Assembly: GCA_963514005.1 (NCBI GenBank)
Contig: CAUPSL010000362.1
Location: forward strand, 1 to 38,062
Direction: 5' to 3'
Length of the DNA: 38,062 nucleotides
From: Raja brachyura
Taxonomy: Eukaryota
The stretch's first letter is position 1, and the number at the start of each line of letters is the position of its first letter. The notes under the pieces were generated by a model, which saw nothing but the letters and a program-made list of their open reading frames with translations, did not search any database and was not told where the DNA came from. The position numbers and the translations under genes were made by a program. Below, one piece after another: positions 1 to 9,474 of the stretch.

Positions 1-880
1 AAATCTTCCCTATGCTCTGATTTCCCATTCATTTTTGCAACGTAAAACGCCTCTTTTAGTTTTATACTGTCCTTGACTTATCTTGTCAGCCACGGTCGCC
101 TCTTTCTCCCCTAGAATCTGTCTTCTTCTTTGGAATGAAAATAACTTGCATCTTCTAGATTATTCCCAGAAATGTGTGCCATTGCTGTTCCACCGTCATC
201 CCTGCTGGGCTCCCTTTCATGTCAACTTTGGCCAGCTCTTCCCTTATGCCTCTTTAGTTCCCTTTGCCCAGCTGCAATACAGACACGTCCAATTTAACTT
301 ACTCCCTTTAAAATTACAAATTAAAACGTATCATTTTGTCTTCGCTGCCTCGTAATGTTTCCTTTACCTTGACTTCCTTCATCAATGCCGGTTCATTACA
401 TAACACTAAAACTAAAATTGCCTTTTTACCTGGTAGGCTCCACTCCGAGCTGCTCTAAGAATCCATCTTGGAGACCAGTCTACAAATTCACTTTCATGCG
501 GTCGAGTACCAACCTGATTTTGCCCAATCTATCTGCACATTAAAATCTTCCATGACCACTGTAGCATTGCCTTTTTTACATGCAAATTTTATCTCCTGTT
601 GTAACTTGTTTCCTATATATTGGCTACTGTTTGGAGGACTGTAAATGCAGTAACTCCCATAAGGTATTTTAACCCTAATAATTTCTCAGCTCTATCCACA
701 ATGACTCAACATCTTCTGATCCTATGTCATCCCTCACTAAGGACTGAATTTCATACCCAACCGACAGAGCTACCCCACCACCGCTGCCCACCTTCCTTTT
801 TAGTCCGATATGACGTATCACCCTGAATATTTATCTCCAGCTCCGATCCTCTTGCAGCCATGTCTCTGTAAATCCAATGC
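1..880 (-). mobile_element. CR1 ORF2 endonuclease-region fragment
   Basis: Nucleotide similarity to the APE region at 13769-14480 (for example the GDFN-x-x-IDW-coding stretch near 520-555); multiple stops. Confidence 0.7.
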
Positions 881-1040
881 CATCATATATATTCTTGAGC
901 AGTATGGGCGTCAGAGGTTATGGGGAGAAGGCAGGAGAATGTGGTTAGGAGGGAGAGATAGGTCAGCCTTGATTGAATGGCGGCGTAGACTTGATGGGCC
1001 TAATGGCCTAATTCTGCTCCAATCACTTATGATCTTATGA
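881..1040 (+). mobile_element. CR1 3' end
   Basis: ggttatggggagaaggcaggagaat...gaatggcgg...gatgggcc...ggccta, same 3' UTR as other CR1 copies, with a short repeat tail. Confidence 0.75.
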
Positions 1041-1169
1041 ACTAAAAATCCTCTTAAATCTTATCTATGTTCTTTTCAGCACAACAACATATTTCCTACA
1101 GCAGAGTGGCCATAAACTAAGCACAATTGTCAAAATATGGTTTTAAATGTTCGGATTAAAGTATTTTAC

Positions 1170-1725
1170 TTTTAGTGTTAAGTTTATTATTGTCACGACT
1201 GCCAAGGTACAGTGAAAATCTTTGCTTTGCAAGCAATCCAAACAGATCAGATAATACTCTACATAAATACATTCAAGGCAAACTGAAGTATAATAGGTGG
1301 AGCAAAGGGGAAGATACAGAGTGCAGAATATAGTCTTCAGCATTGTAGCGCTTCAGTTCCAGAGACGAAGTCCAATGTCCACAAAGCGGTAAGAGTGGAA
1401 TCCGACAGTACCTTAGCTTGTGGAATGGCCGTTCCGAAGCCTGATTACAGAGGGGAAGAAGCTGTTCCTGAGTCCGGTGGTGCAAATTTTCAAGCTTCTG
1501 TACCTCTGCTGGATGGGACCGGGGATACGAAAGATGACCAGAGTGGGACGTGTTTGATTATGCCGACTGCTTTGCCCGAGGCAGCGTGAATTGTACATTG
1601 AGTCAAATTTTGGTCTGTTTGACAGACAGGGCAACTATCACAACTCTGTGATTACTTGTGGTTTTGGGCAGAGCTGTTACCAAACTTAGTTGTGAAGCTA
1701 CCCAACAGTGTTCTTTTGAGAAACC
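1170..1725 (-). mobile_element. Rex1/Babar-type LINE 3' end
   Basis: ORF 1413-1634 contains RYRSLKICTTGLRNSFFPSVIRL, the typical Rex1/Babar C-terminus, followed by a 3' UTR ending gtgacaataataaac. Confidence 0.75.
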
Positions 1726-1784
1726 ATGACAGGACCTTCATAGTGAATGATAGAAGCATTGTAGAACAGGAGTGTCGGAAAAAG

Positions 1785-2022
1785 CCGCAGATGCTAGTTT
1801 AAATCAAAGGTAGACACAAAATGCTGGAATAACTCAGCGGGTCAGGCAGCATCTCTGGAGAGAAGGAATGGGTGATATTTCGGGTTGAGACCCTTCTTCA
1901 GACTGATAGTCAAGACCCTTCTTAAGACAGTCCGAAGAAGGGTCTTGACCCAAAATGTCACTTATTCCTTCTATCCAGAGATGCTGCCTGACTCGTTGAG
2001 TTACTCCAGCATTCTGTGCCTA
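1785..2022. mobile_element. Inverted pair of Penelope-like terminal-repeat fragments
   Basis: 1813-1905 is the reverse complement of about 1928-2022 (gaagaagggtct...ccagagatgctgcctgac...gagttactccagcatt). The same repeat occurs at 2409-2505, 6600-6690, 20184-20275, 22408-22535, 25105-25283 and 38005-38062. The family assignment is from recall. Confidence 0.65.
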
Positions 2023-2139
2023 CCAGAGGAAATGCAGCTACATAGTTCCTTGAAAGTTGCGTCACAGGTAGATAGGGTGGGCAGAAATGTTTTCAGCATA
2101 TTGGCTTTCCTCATTCAGAGTAATGAATGACCATTTTCA

Positions 2140-2780
2140 AGGGTGAACATTTTCTACCCGTACTCCCAGATCGCTCTGCTCTACAACAATCCCCAGAGCC
2201 TTACCATTCACTGTGTAGGTCCTGCCCTTGTTTGATTTCCCAAGATGCAACATCTCACATTTATCTGTACGTTTCTCTCATTTCTCCAGCAACCATTCTT
2301 CAGCCCACCTGCCATATCGATCAAGATCCTGCTACACGTTTTGACAACCATCTTCACTATCTACAATTCCATCCACTTCAGTGTTATCTGTACACTTGCT
2401 AATCATGCGGGTACACAAAATGCTGGAGAAACACAGCGGGAGCAGCAGCATCTATGGAGCGAAGGACATAGGCAACTTTTCGGCCTGATGCCCTCCTTCA
2501 GACCCCTAATCATGCTAATCATGCCTTGTACGTTCTCATCCAAATCAATGATATAGATGACAAACAGCAAATGGTCCAGCACCGAACCTTGAAGCACACC
2601 ACCAGTCACAGGCCTACAGTCTGAAAAACAACCTTCCTTCCATGAAGTCAATTTTCTCTCCATTCAGCTACCTCTACTTGGCTCCTATGTGATGTAACCC
2701 TCTGAAGCAGCCTGCGATGCAGAAACTTGTAAATGCCTTGCTGAAATCCATATATACAACATCTACAGCTCTGCAAGGTA
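2140..2780 (-). mobile_element. CR1 RT fragment interrupted by a Penelope-like repeat (2409-2505)
   Basis: ORF 2403-2663 has VTGGVLQGSVL...YIIDLDENVQGMIS; ctaatcatgc is repeated on both sides of the insert. Confidence 0.75.
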
Positions 2781-2829
2781 TAAAGTTCTTGCCTGCTCAG
2801 CCTCTTCTTGTCGAGGTCCCCCTCTCCCG

Positions 2830-3316
2830 CACTGGCAGGTGTCCAGAGGAGGTTTACGAGAAAGATCCCAAGAATGATTGTGTTAACAGATGATGAGCAT
2901 TTGAGGTCACTGGGCTTGTACTCGCCTGAGTCTATAAGGATGACGGAGGACCACATTGAATCTTACTGAATAGCGAAAGTCCTGGGTAGAGTGGATGTGG
3001 AGAGGATATTTCCACCAGTGGGAGCGTCACGGTCCAAAGACCATAGCCTCAGCATAAAAGAAAGTACATTTAGAAAGGAGATGAGTAGGAACTTCTTTAC
3101 CCAGAGGGTGATGAACCTGTGACATTGATTGCCACAGAGGGTTTTGGAGGCCGTCAATATGTATTTTAAGGCAGATTTTGACAAATTCTTCAGTAGTACA
3201 GGCATCAGGGGTTATAGGGAGAAGGCCGGAGAATGGGGTTGAGAGGGAAAGACAGATCAGCCATGATTGAATGGAGGGGTAGGGTTGATTAATACTGCTC
3301 TTATAACTTATTATGA
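2830..3316 (+). mobile_element. CR1 3' end
   Basis: Decayed ORF2 C-terminus and 3' UTR shared with the other CR1 copies. Confidence 0.8.
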
Positions 3317-3397
3317 ATGTTCTGCAGCTCAGGCCCTTTGAATCCTGGCGATTTCTGTTTGACACAAGTGTAACCAAAGTAAACGAGAAACAAGCGA

Positions 3398-3424
3398 TTT
3401 ATTTGCAGCAAATCTCTCTTTATT
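3398..3424 (-). terminator. Candidate distal poly(A) signals (two AATAAA) of cassette A
   Basis: AATAAA at 3419-3424 and 3398-3403 with a GT/T-rich downstream element. Confidence 0.5.
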
Positions 3425-3639
3425 GCTTAAGATATGAACATGTACAGAAAAAAAGAGCCAGATTGCAAGGTCTTGGTGAATTCAGAGTGCTGTGCAAAGA
3501 CCTTAGTTGGATTTGGAAAATCCACAGAATTTACAAGCAAATTGATTCCCGAGGCAAAGATGTAATGGGGTCATGAGCAAACACACTTAACTAACGCAGC
3601 AAAGCAAATTAATATTCCACAGTTATTGCAAATCCGAGG

Positions 3640-4400
3640 AAAGATGGGATCATAAAATCTTGAAATCACAAGATCATGGAGATATGCAAGCCTGAAATCA
3701 GAGATAGCATGGAATCATATAGTTATACAAAGCTGAAATCAAAGATATCATTGAATCACAACATTATATAATCTTCAAATGAGGGTTAAAATGGAATCAT
3801 GATATTATACAATATTGAAATCAGAGATATTGTGGAATCACAACATTCTGAAATCAGGGATATCGTGAAATCATGGTTATGCAACCTTGAAATCTGAGAG
3901 ATCGTGTTTACAATGTAATAAAGTCTCAAAATCCTAAAAAAAACCCGTCACATAATGCTGAAATTAGAGACATGGTCATAACATTATGCAATATTGAGAT
4001 CGGGAATATCATGAAACAATGAAGTTATAATTTTGAAACCAAAGATATCATGAATATTAAAGATATCAAGAATTCTGAAAATAAATATATAATGGAATCA
4101 TGAAATGATAAAGCCACATAATCATAAAAATAATGGAGCCATGAATTGAGAACTTCTGAAATTGGTAATATTGAGGAATCATCTCTTTATAGAAATAATG
4201 AAGTTATAAAATGATGAAATATTGTAATCATAGTTCCAATTCATAAAATAATAATCATGCAACCCTGATGTTATGAAATCATGGAATTGTTGATATATTT
4301 AATGGAATTATAATGTAAAAAAGTCTCACGAGCATAAAAGCACAGAAATATACATTGAGAAAATCATGAAATTCATATAAAATCAGAGATTAGAAAATCA
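3640..4400. repeat. Degenerate AT-rich minisatellite, period about 41-42 bp
   Basis: Recurrent tgaaatcagagatatcatggaatcataaagttatacaatct-like units; paralog at about 17110-17558 and 18165-18215. Confidence 0.75.
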
Positions 4401-4409
4401 TGTCGTGGG

Positions 4410-4535
4410 AGGAAATGTCGCGGAAGAAACTTACGCAGTCACAGGGAAAACATGTAAACTGTACACCGACAGCACCCGGGGTCAGAAAGGAACCCGGGCC
4501 TCTGCCACTGTGAGGCAGCAGCTCTATCAGCTGTG
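4410..4535 (-). mobile_element. HE1-type tRNA-derived SINE fragment
   Basis: Reverse complement reads ...agagctgctgcctcacagtggcagaggcccgggttc...ggtgctgtc...gttttccctgtgactgcg; matches 26118-26260; paralog at 18225-18360. Confidence 0.7.
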
Positions 4536-5040
4536 TATTCTGAACACAGCAACAGAAATGGCTGAATAAATGGCAGATAGAGTGTAAACTAAGGAAATAT
4601 GAGGTGCACTTTGGGAGGTCGAATGCAAGGGGAAAGTCTGCAGTTAATGGCAAGTCTCAACAGCATTAACTGAAAGTGGCAACGCAAGTAGATCGAGTGA
4701 TAAAGAGGGTCTTCATCAGTTGGGCATTGAGTCTAACAGTGAGGAAGCCACGATGCAGCTTTCTAAAACTTTGGTCAGGATGCTTTTGAGGTGTTATATA
4801 CAGTTCTAATTGCCCCCATTAGAGGAATGGTGTGGAGGACTTTGGAGAATGTGCAGAAGAGGTTTCCCAGAATGCTTCCTGGATTAGTGGATTTCGTCTA
4901 CAGGGAGAGGTTAGACAGACTTGGATTGTTTTCTGTGCAACACTTCATGATTTTATAAAATCATGAGAGGCATAGATAGGGTAGATAGTCACAACTCCCC
5001 TTCCCCCTCCCCAGTGTGTCAAAGACTAGAGGGCGTAGCT

Positions 5041-5281
5041 ACAGGTCTCTCCGTTGCCGAACCAGCAGGTCCAGGAACAGCTTCTTTCCGGCTGTCACGC
5101 TACTCAACAACGTACCTCGGTGACTGCCAATCACCCCCCCCCCCCCGGACACTTATTATTATTGATTCAAATCATTTGCTGTGTCGCTCTTCCAGGGAGA
5201 TGCTAAATGCATTTCGTTGTCTCTGTACTGTACACTGACAATGACAATTAAAATTGAATCTGAATCTGAATCTGAATCTGA
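5041..5281 (+). mobile_element. Rex1/Babar-type 3' end with (tgaatc)n tail, specific to copy A
   Basis: Encodes YRSLRCRTSRSRNSFFPAV; absent at the homologous site near 18875 (gcatagctttaaggtgag). Confidence 0.8.
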
Positions 5282-5624
5282 CTAAGGTGAGGTGGGCAAA
5301 GTTTAAAGGACATGTGCGTGACAAGTTTTTTTTACACAAATGGTGGTGGGCGCCTGGAACACGCTGCTGGGGGTGGTGGTGGAGACAGATACAATAGTGG
5401 CGTCAAGGGGCTATCAGATAGGCACATAGAAGTCCAGTGAATGGAGGGATATGGATCACATGCAGGCAGAGATGAACTTGGTGCTGTGTTTGTCACGGAT
5501 ATTGTGGGCAGAAGGAAATGTTCCCGTGCTGTACTGTTCAATGTTCCCTGTGATTACCCTGTAATTTTATACAGGGTGTGATACGTCTACTTTTGTACCA
5601 TTGTTGTTGAATCTCCTTGGTCCC

Positions 5625-5651
5625 TCAATCAAACCTCTTGTTGTAAGATGT
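5625..5651 (-). CDS. TRBC: Duplicated TRBC cytoplasmic exon TSYNKRFD* (cassette A)
   Basis: ttcttatttcag|ACA TCT TAC AAC AAG AGG TTT GAT TGA; 2 substitutions versus 19222-19248. Confidence 0.82.
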   Translation of the reverse strand, partial: TSYNKRFD

Positions 5652-5894
5652 CTGAAATAAGAAAGGTGTGGTATCAATATTAGAGTATGCAGCAGGGTCA
5701 CGACTCGAAGAGAACGGGAAGAAAGAAAGCAAGGTAGGGGGAGAAAACGAAGGAGAGAAAGAAAGAGAAGCAGAGAGAAAACAACTTAGAGGGGCAGAGA
5801 CAATACAGTACGGAAACAGGCTATTTGGCCCAACATGCCCATGCCAAACAAGTTGTCCCAGCTACTGTAGTCCCACCTGCCCGTGTTTGGCTCA

Positions 5895-6547
5895 CAGGTT
5901 AGGTAAGCACATCAGCACCTCTACTTCCTCTGAATGCTTAAAATATTTGGCATGTCCCCAACAACCATCAACAACTTCTATGGATGTGCCGTTGAAACCA
6001 TATTATCGGGATGCATCACAACATGGTTTGGGTACTGCTCCGTCCAAGTCCACAAGAAATTGCAGAGGTGTGGACTTGGACCCAGACCATCAAGCAAACC
6101 AACCTCTCTTCCACAGACTCAAACTACACTTCACGCTGCCCCGGCAAGACCACCAGCATAATCAAAGACCAGTCTCACCCCGGTGACTCCCTCTTCTCCC
6201 CTCTCTCGTCGGGCACGAGGTACAGAAGTTTGAAAACGCATCCCTCCAAATTCAGGGACAGTTTATTCCCAGATGTAATTAGGCAACTGAACCATCCTCT
6301 CATCAACTAGAGAGTGATCCTGACCTCGCATCTAATTGGACATGTTTGAACTATCTTCAATCTGACTTTATTCGACTTCAATGTAATATCTTTACATTAC
6401 ATTTTATTCCCTTTATCCTTTATCGTTACACTGTGGATGGCTCGATTGTAATCATGCATCGTCCTTCGGCCGACTGGATAGCTCGCAACAAAAGCATTTC
6501 ATCGTACCTCGGTACACGTGACAATAATAAACTTAATTAAAACTAAA
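5895..6547 (+). mobile_element. Rex1/Babar-type LINE 3' part
   Basis: NFYGCAVETILSGCITTWFG and RYRSLKTHPSKFRDSLFPDVIRQLN; paralog at 19500-20130. Confidence 0.82.
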
Positions 6548-7656
6548 TATTCCTCTAAAACTTCCCTGTCCATGTGTCAGTTTCTGGAGATTATGGATAC
6601 GTGACGTTTCGGGCCGAGATCCTTCTCACCTATCCATGTAATCCAGAGATGCTGCCTAAGGTGCTAAATTACTCCAGCAATTGGTGTCCCTTTGATTAAC
6701 ATAGGAAAAAGTGCAGAGAAGATTTACCACAATGTTGCCAAGACTCAAGAGCACAGAGACAGGTTAGGCAGGCTAGACTTTATTCCTACGCCTGCATGAG
6801 GATGAGGGGTGATCTTATAGAGGTGGATACAATCATGATTGTAATAGAGAGGGTGAATGCACATTCCCCAGGGTAGGGGAGTTGAGAACCAAATGACATA
6901 GGTTCAAGGTGAGGGGGGGGGGGGGGGGGGGGGGCTGGTGGGGGGAGATTTAATAAGAACACGAGGCAGCATGGGCATTTTGAATCGAAGGGTCAGTTTA
7001 TGTGTATGCCTGTACAACCTTGTACAATCTATGATTCCCACCTCAATGAAAAATAATTCCCATCCCTCTGTGACAGGCAGGTAGATATAGAGTCAGAGTC
7101 AAACAGCCTGGAAACGGGCACTTCGTTTGGCAGCGTTTGACACATATCCCCCTAAACCTCAGTAATCCAGGTAACTGTCTAAATGATTCTTAAACATTGT
7201 GATAGTACTTGCCTCAATTACCTCCTCTGGCAGATCATTCCATGCACCCAAAACGTTACACCTTAGGTTCCCATTAAATCATTTCCCTCCTCACCTCAAA
7301 CCTATGTCCTCTGGTTCTTGATTCCCCTACTCTGGGCAAACGACTCTGTGCGTCTGCCTGGTCTATTCCGCTCAAGATTTTGTACCGCTTTATTAGATCA
7401 CCCCTCATCCTCCTGCGTTCCAAGGAATAAAGTGCTAGCCTGGTCAACCTCTGACTATAGCTCAGTCGATCGAGTACTAACAACATCCTACTAAATCTTC
7501 TCTTTCAAGCTTGACAACATGTTTCCTATAACAGTGACCAATACTGAACACAATACTATGGCCTCCCCAACATATTATAGAACTTTAACATGGGTTCCCA
7601 ACTTCTATACTCCACAAAATGTATCTGAGTATATTCTTTTCCCCTGAAAGACTTAC

Positions 7657-7763
7657 CTTGCCTTTGCAAGCTAACACAGAAGCAACTATTCCATGGAGAA
7701 TGCTCTTGCAAATTAGGATCAGATAAGTCAGTTTCCCATCTTCCATTGTCTGTGTTTTGGCTT
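7657..7763 (-). CDS. TRBC: Duplicated TRBC transmembrane exon (distal cassette A)
   Basis: ttcacag|AA GCC...GGC AAG|gtaagt; 107 bp, no indels, 8 substitutions versus 21383-21489; (E)AKTQTMEDGKLTYLILICKSILHGIVASVLACKGK. Whether it is expressed cannot be seen from DNA. Confidence 0.85.
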
Positions 7764-8154
7764 CTGTGAAGGGAACATAAATATTTGGAGTATACATCTT
7801 TAGTTAAGAATTATGTTTAAACAATAAAATTCTTACTTGCTAAACTAGGATATGCACTTTAACACAACAGATAATTATGAACTAATCGCTGGCGTCGCAG
7901 ACTGTGAAAAATGCTGTCAATGTATACAACGGGATATAGATCAGCTACAGAAACAGGCAGAGAAAAGCCAATGGAGTTTAATCCGAGCAAGTGTAAGGTG
8001 TAAACTTTGGGAGGTCGGATGTAGGGGGAAATACTACATTGAATGTCAAGACCCTTAACAACATTGATGCATAGAGGGATCTTGGTGTCCAAGACCTGAA
8101 TTCTCTGAAAGCGGCAAGACAAATATATACTGCTCAACAACCAATTTTCTTTGA

Positions 8155-8630
8155 GCTTGGTTTAGTTTATTGTCACGTGTACCGAGGTGCAGTGAAACAC
8201 TTTTGTCGCGTGCTAACCAGTCAGCAGAAAGACTATGCAATATTACAACCAAGCCATCCACAGTGCACAGATAAATGATAAAGGGAATAATGTTAATATA
8301 ATTTCGCTCAAGATAAAGTCCAGCTAAAGGTCTCCAATGAGGTAGATGCAGTTCAGGATTTGTGGTAGGATGGTTCAGTTGCCTAATAACATCGCAGAAG
8401 AAACTATCCCTAAAACTGGAGGTGTGCGTTTTCACACTGCTATACCTTTTGCCTGATGGGAGTGGGAAGGAGGAATTGACCAGTGTGCAACTCGTCCTTG
8501 ATTTTGTTGGTGGCCTTGCGGAGCCTACGTGAGGTATAAATTAAATCAAAGAAAGGGAAGGTGCTTTATGTGATGGTCGATGTTGCATCAACAATTATCT
8601 GCAATTCCCTGTGCTCTTGGACGGAACAGT
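8155..8630 (-). mobile_element. Rex1/Babar-type LINE 3' end
   Basis: KTHTSSFRDSFF...VIRQLNHP plus the same 3' UTR; paralog at 21865-22340. Confidence 0.78.
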
Positions 8631-8634
8631 TGCC

Positions 8635-9040
8635 AATCCCAATTTACCAGCAACTGGTTGTCCGGTTCCTCCTTTAATCCAGGCAATGTACGAGACGACA
8701 CTTGAAATCCATACCCCGGAAGTCCCCCTCGAAAATGTGGCATCTACGCCTGGTGAGGTAGCTGGCCTCGATCTCAGTGGGACTTCCATGGCTGATAGGC
8801 CGGTCGAATTTGTCACCTGCGGCCAGGGTTCTGCATCTTTGGCCCGACTTGAGCCAGCAGGAGCATTGCCATAGGCAAACTCTGAAGGCAACTTTGCGGG
8901 GACAGTATGCCGGCCCCTCAGCGGCCGAGGCGGACTGTGCTATTAGCGTTGTCCTCCTCTCAGAGGCCGTGACCTCTGTGGGTCTAGCAAAACGGATAAT
9001 CCAGAAAAGGGGCCGAAACATCAGCGGTCGGCCAGGAAAG
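8635..9040 (+). mobile_element. GC-rich MITE copy (same family as 22959-23917); paralog at 22345-22885
   Basis: Aligns by eye with the reverse complement of 23792-23917 joined to 22959-23223. Confidence 0.65.
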
Positions 9041-9051
9041 AAGGCATATAA

Positions 9052-9474
9052 ACACAGAAACATAGAAAATAGGTGCAGGAGTAGGCCATTCGGCCCTTCG
9101 AGCCTGTACCGCCATTCAATATGATCATGGCTGATCATCCAACTCAGTATCCCGTAACTGCCTTCTCTCCATACCCCCTGATCCCCTTAGCCACAAGGGC
9201 CACATCTAAATCCCTCTTAAATATAGCCAATGAACTGGCCTCAACTACCTTCTGTGGCAGATAATTCCAGAGATTCACCACTCTCTGTGTGAAAAATGTT
9301 TTTCTCATCTCCATCCTAAAAGACTTCCCCCTTATCCTTAAACTCTGATCCCTTGTTCTGGACTTCCCCAACATCGGGAACAATCTTCCTGCATCTAACC
9401 TGTCCAACCCCTTAAGAATTGTGTCAGTTGCTATAAGATCCCACCTCAATCTTCTAAATTCCAGCGAGTACAGA
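9052..9474 (-). mobile_element. CR1 3' end, tandem extra copy of about 9476-9870
   Basis: ORFs 9144-9449 and 9570-9896 encode near-identical ORF2 C-termini, each followed by the same 3' UTR and tail. Confidence 0.88.

Larger units (their letters stand above)
3325..9050. repeat. Segmental duplication copy A (TM exon + cytoplasmic exon + 3' flank)
   Basis: Collinear with 16807-22895 (same minisatellite, SINE, CR1, Rex1 and MITE order); about 89% identity in a hand-aligned stretch of about 98 nt upstream of the TM exon. Confidence 0.93.

Noticed and set aside
3640-4400. Repeat array as CRISPR
   Set aside because: Vertebrate DNA, degenerate units with no unique spacers, and no cas genes.
5668-6186. 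172-aa plus-strand ORF
   Set aside because: Chance read-through across a purine-rich tract, a CR1 tail and an off-frame Rex1 fragment; not preserved in copy B.
6910-6946. Long G run as a functional G-quadruplex
   Set aside because: Homopolymer expansion within an old CR1 fragment; much shorter in copy B (about 20488-20503).
8259-8286. CACAGTG heptamer as a possible V(D)J recombination signal
   Set aside because: It lies in a Rex1 3' UTR, the 12-spacer nonamer position reads ATAAAGGGA, and I saw no adjacent J (FGxG) or D segment.
8595-9138. Overlapping ORFs in the GC-rich block (also 22383-23276 and 15192-15895)
   Set aside because: Stop-poor GC-rich repeat sequence; frames are not conserved between paralogous copies and show no recognisable motif.
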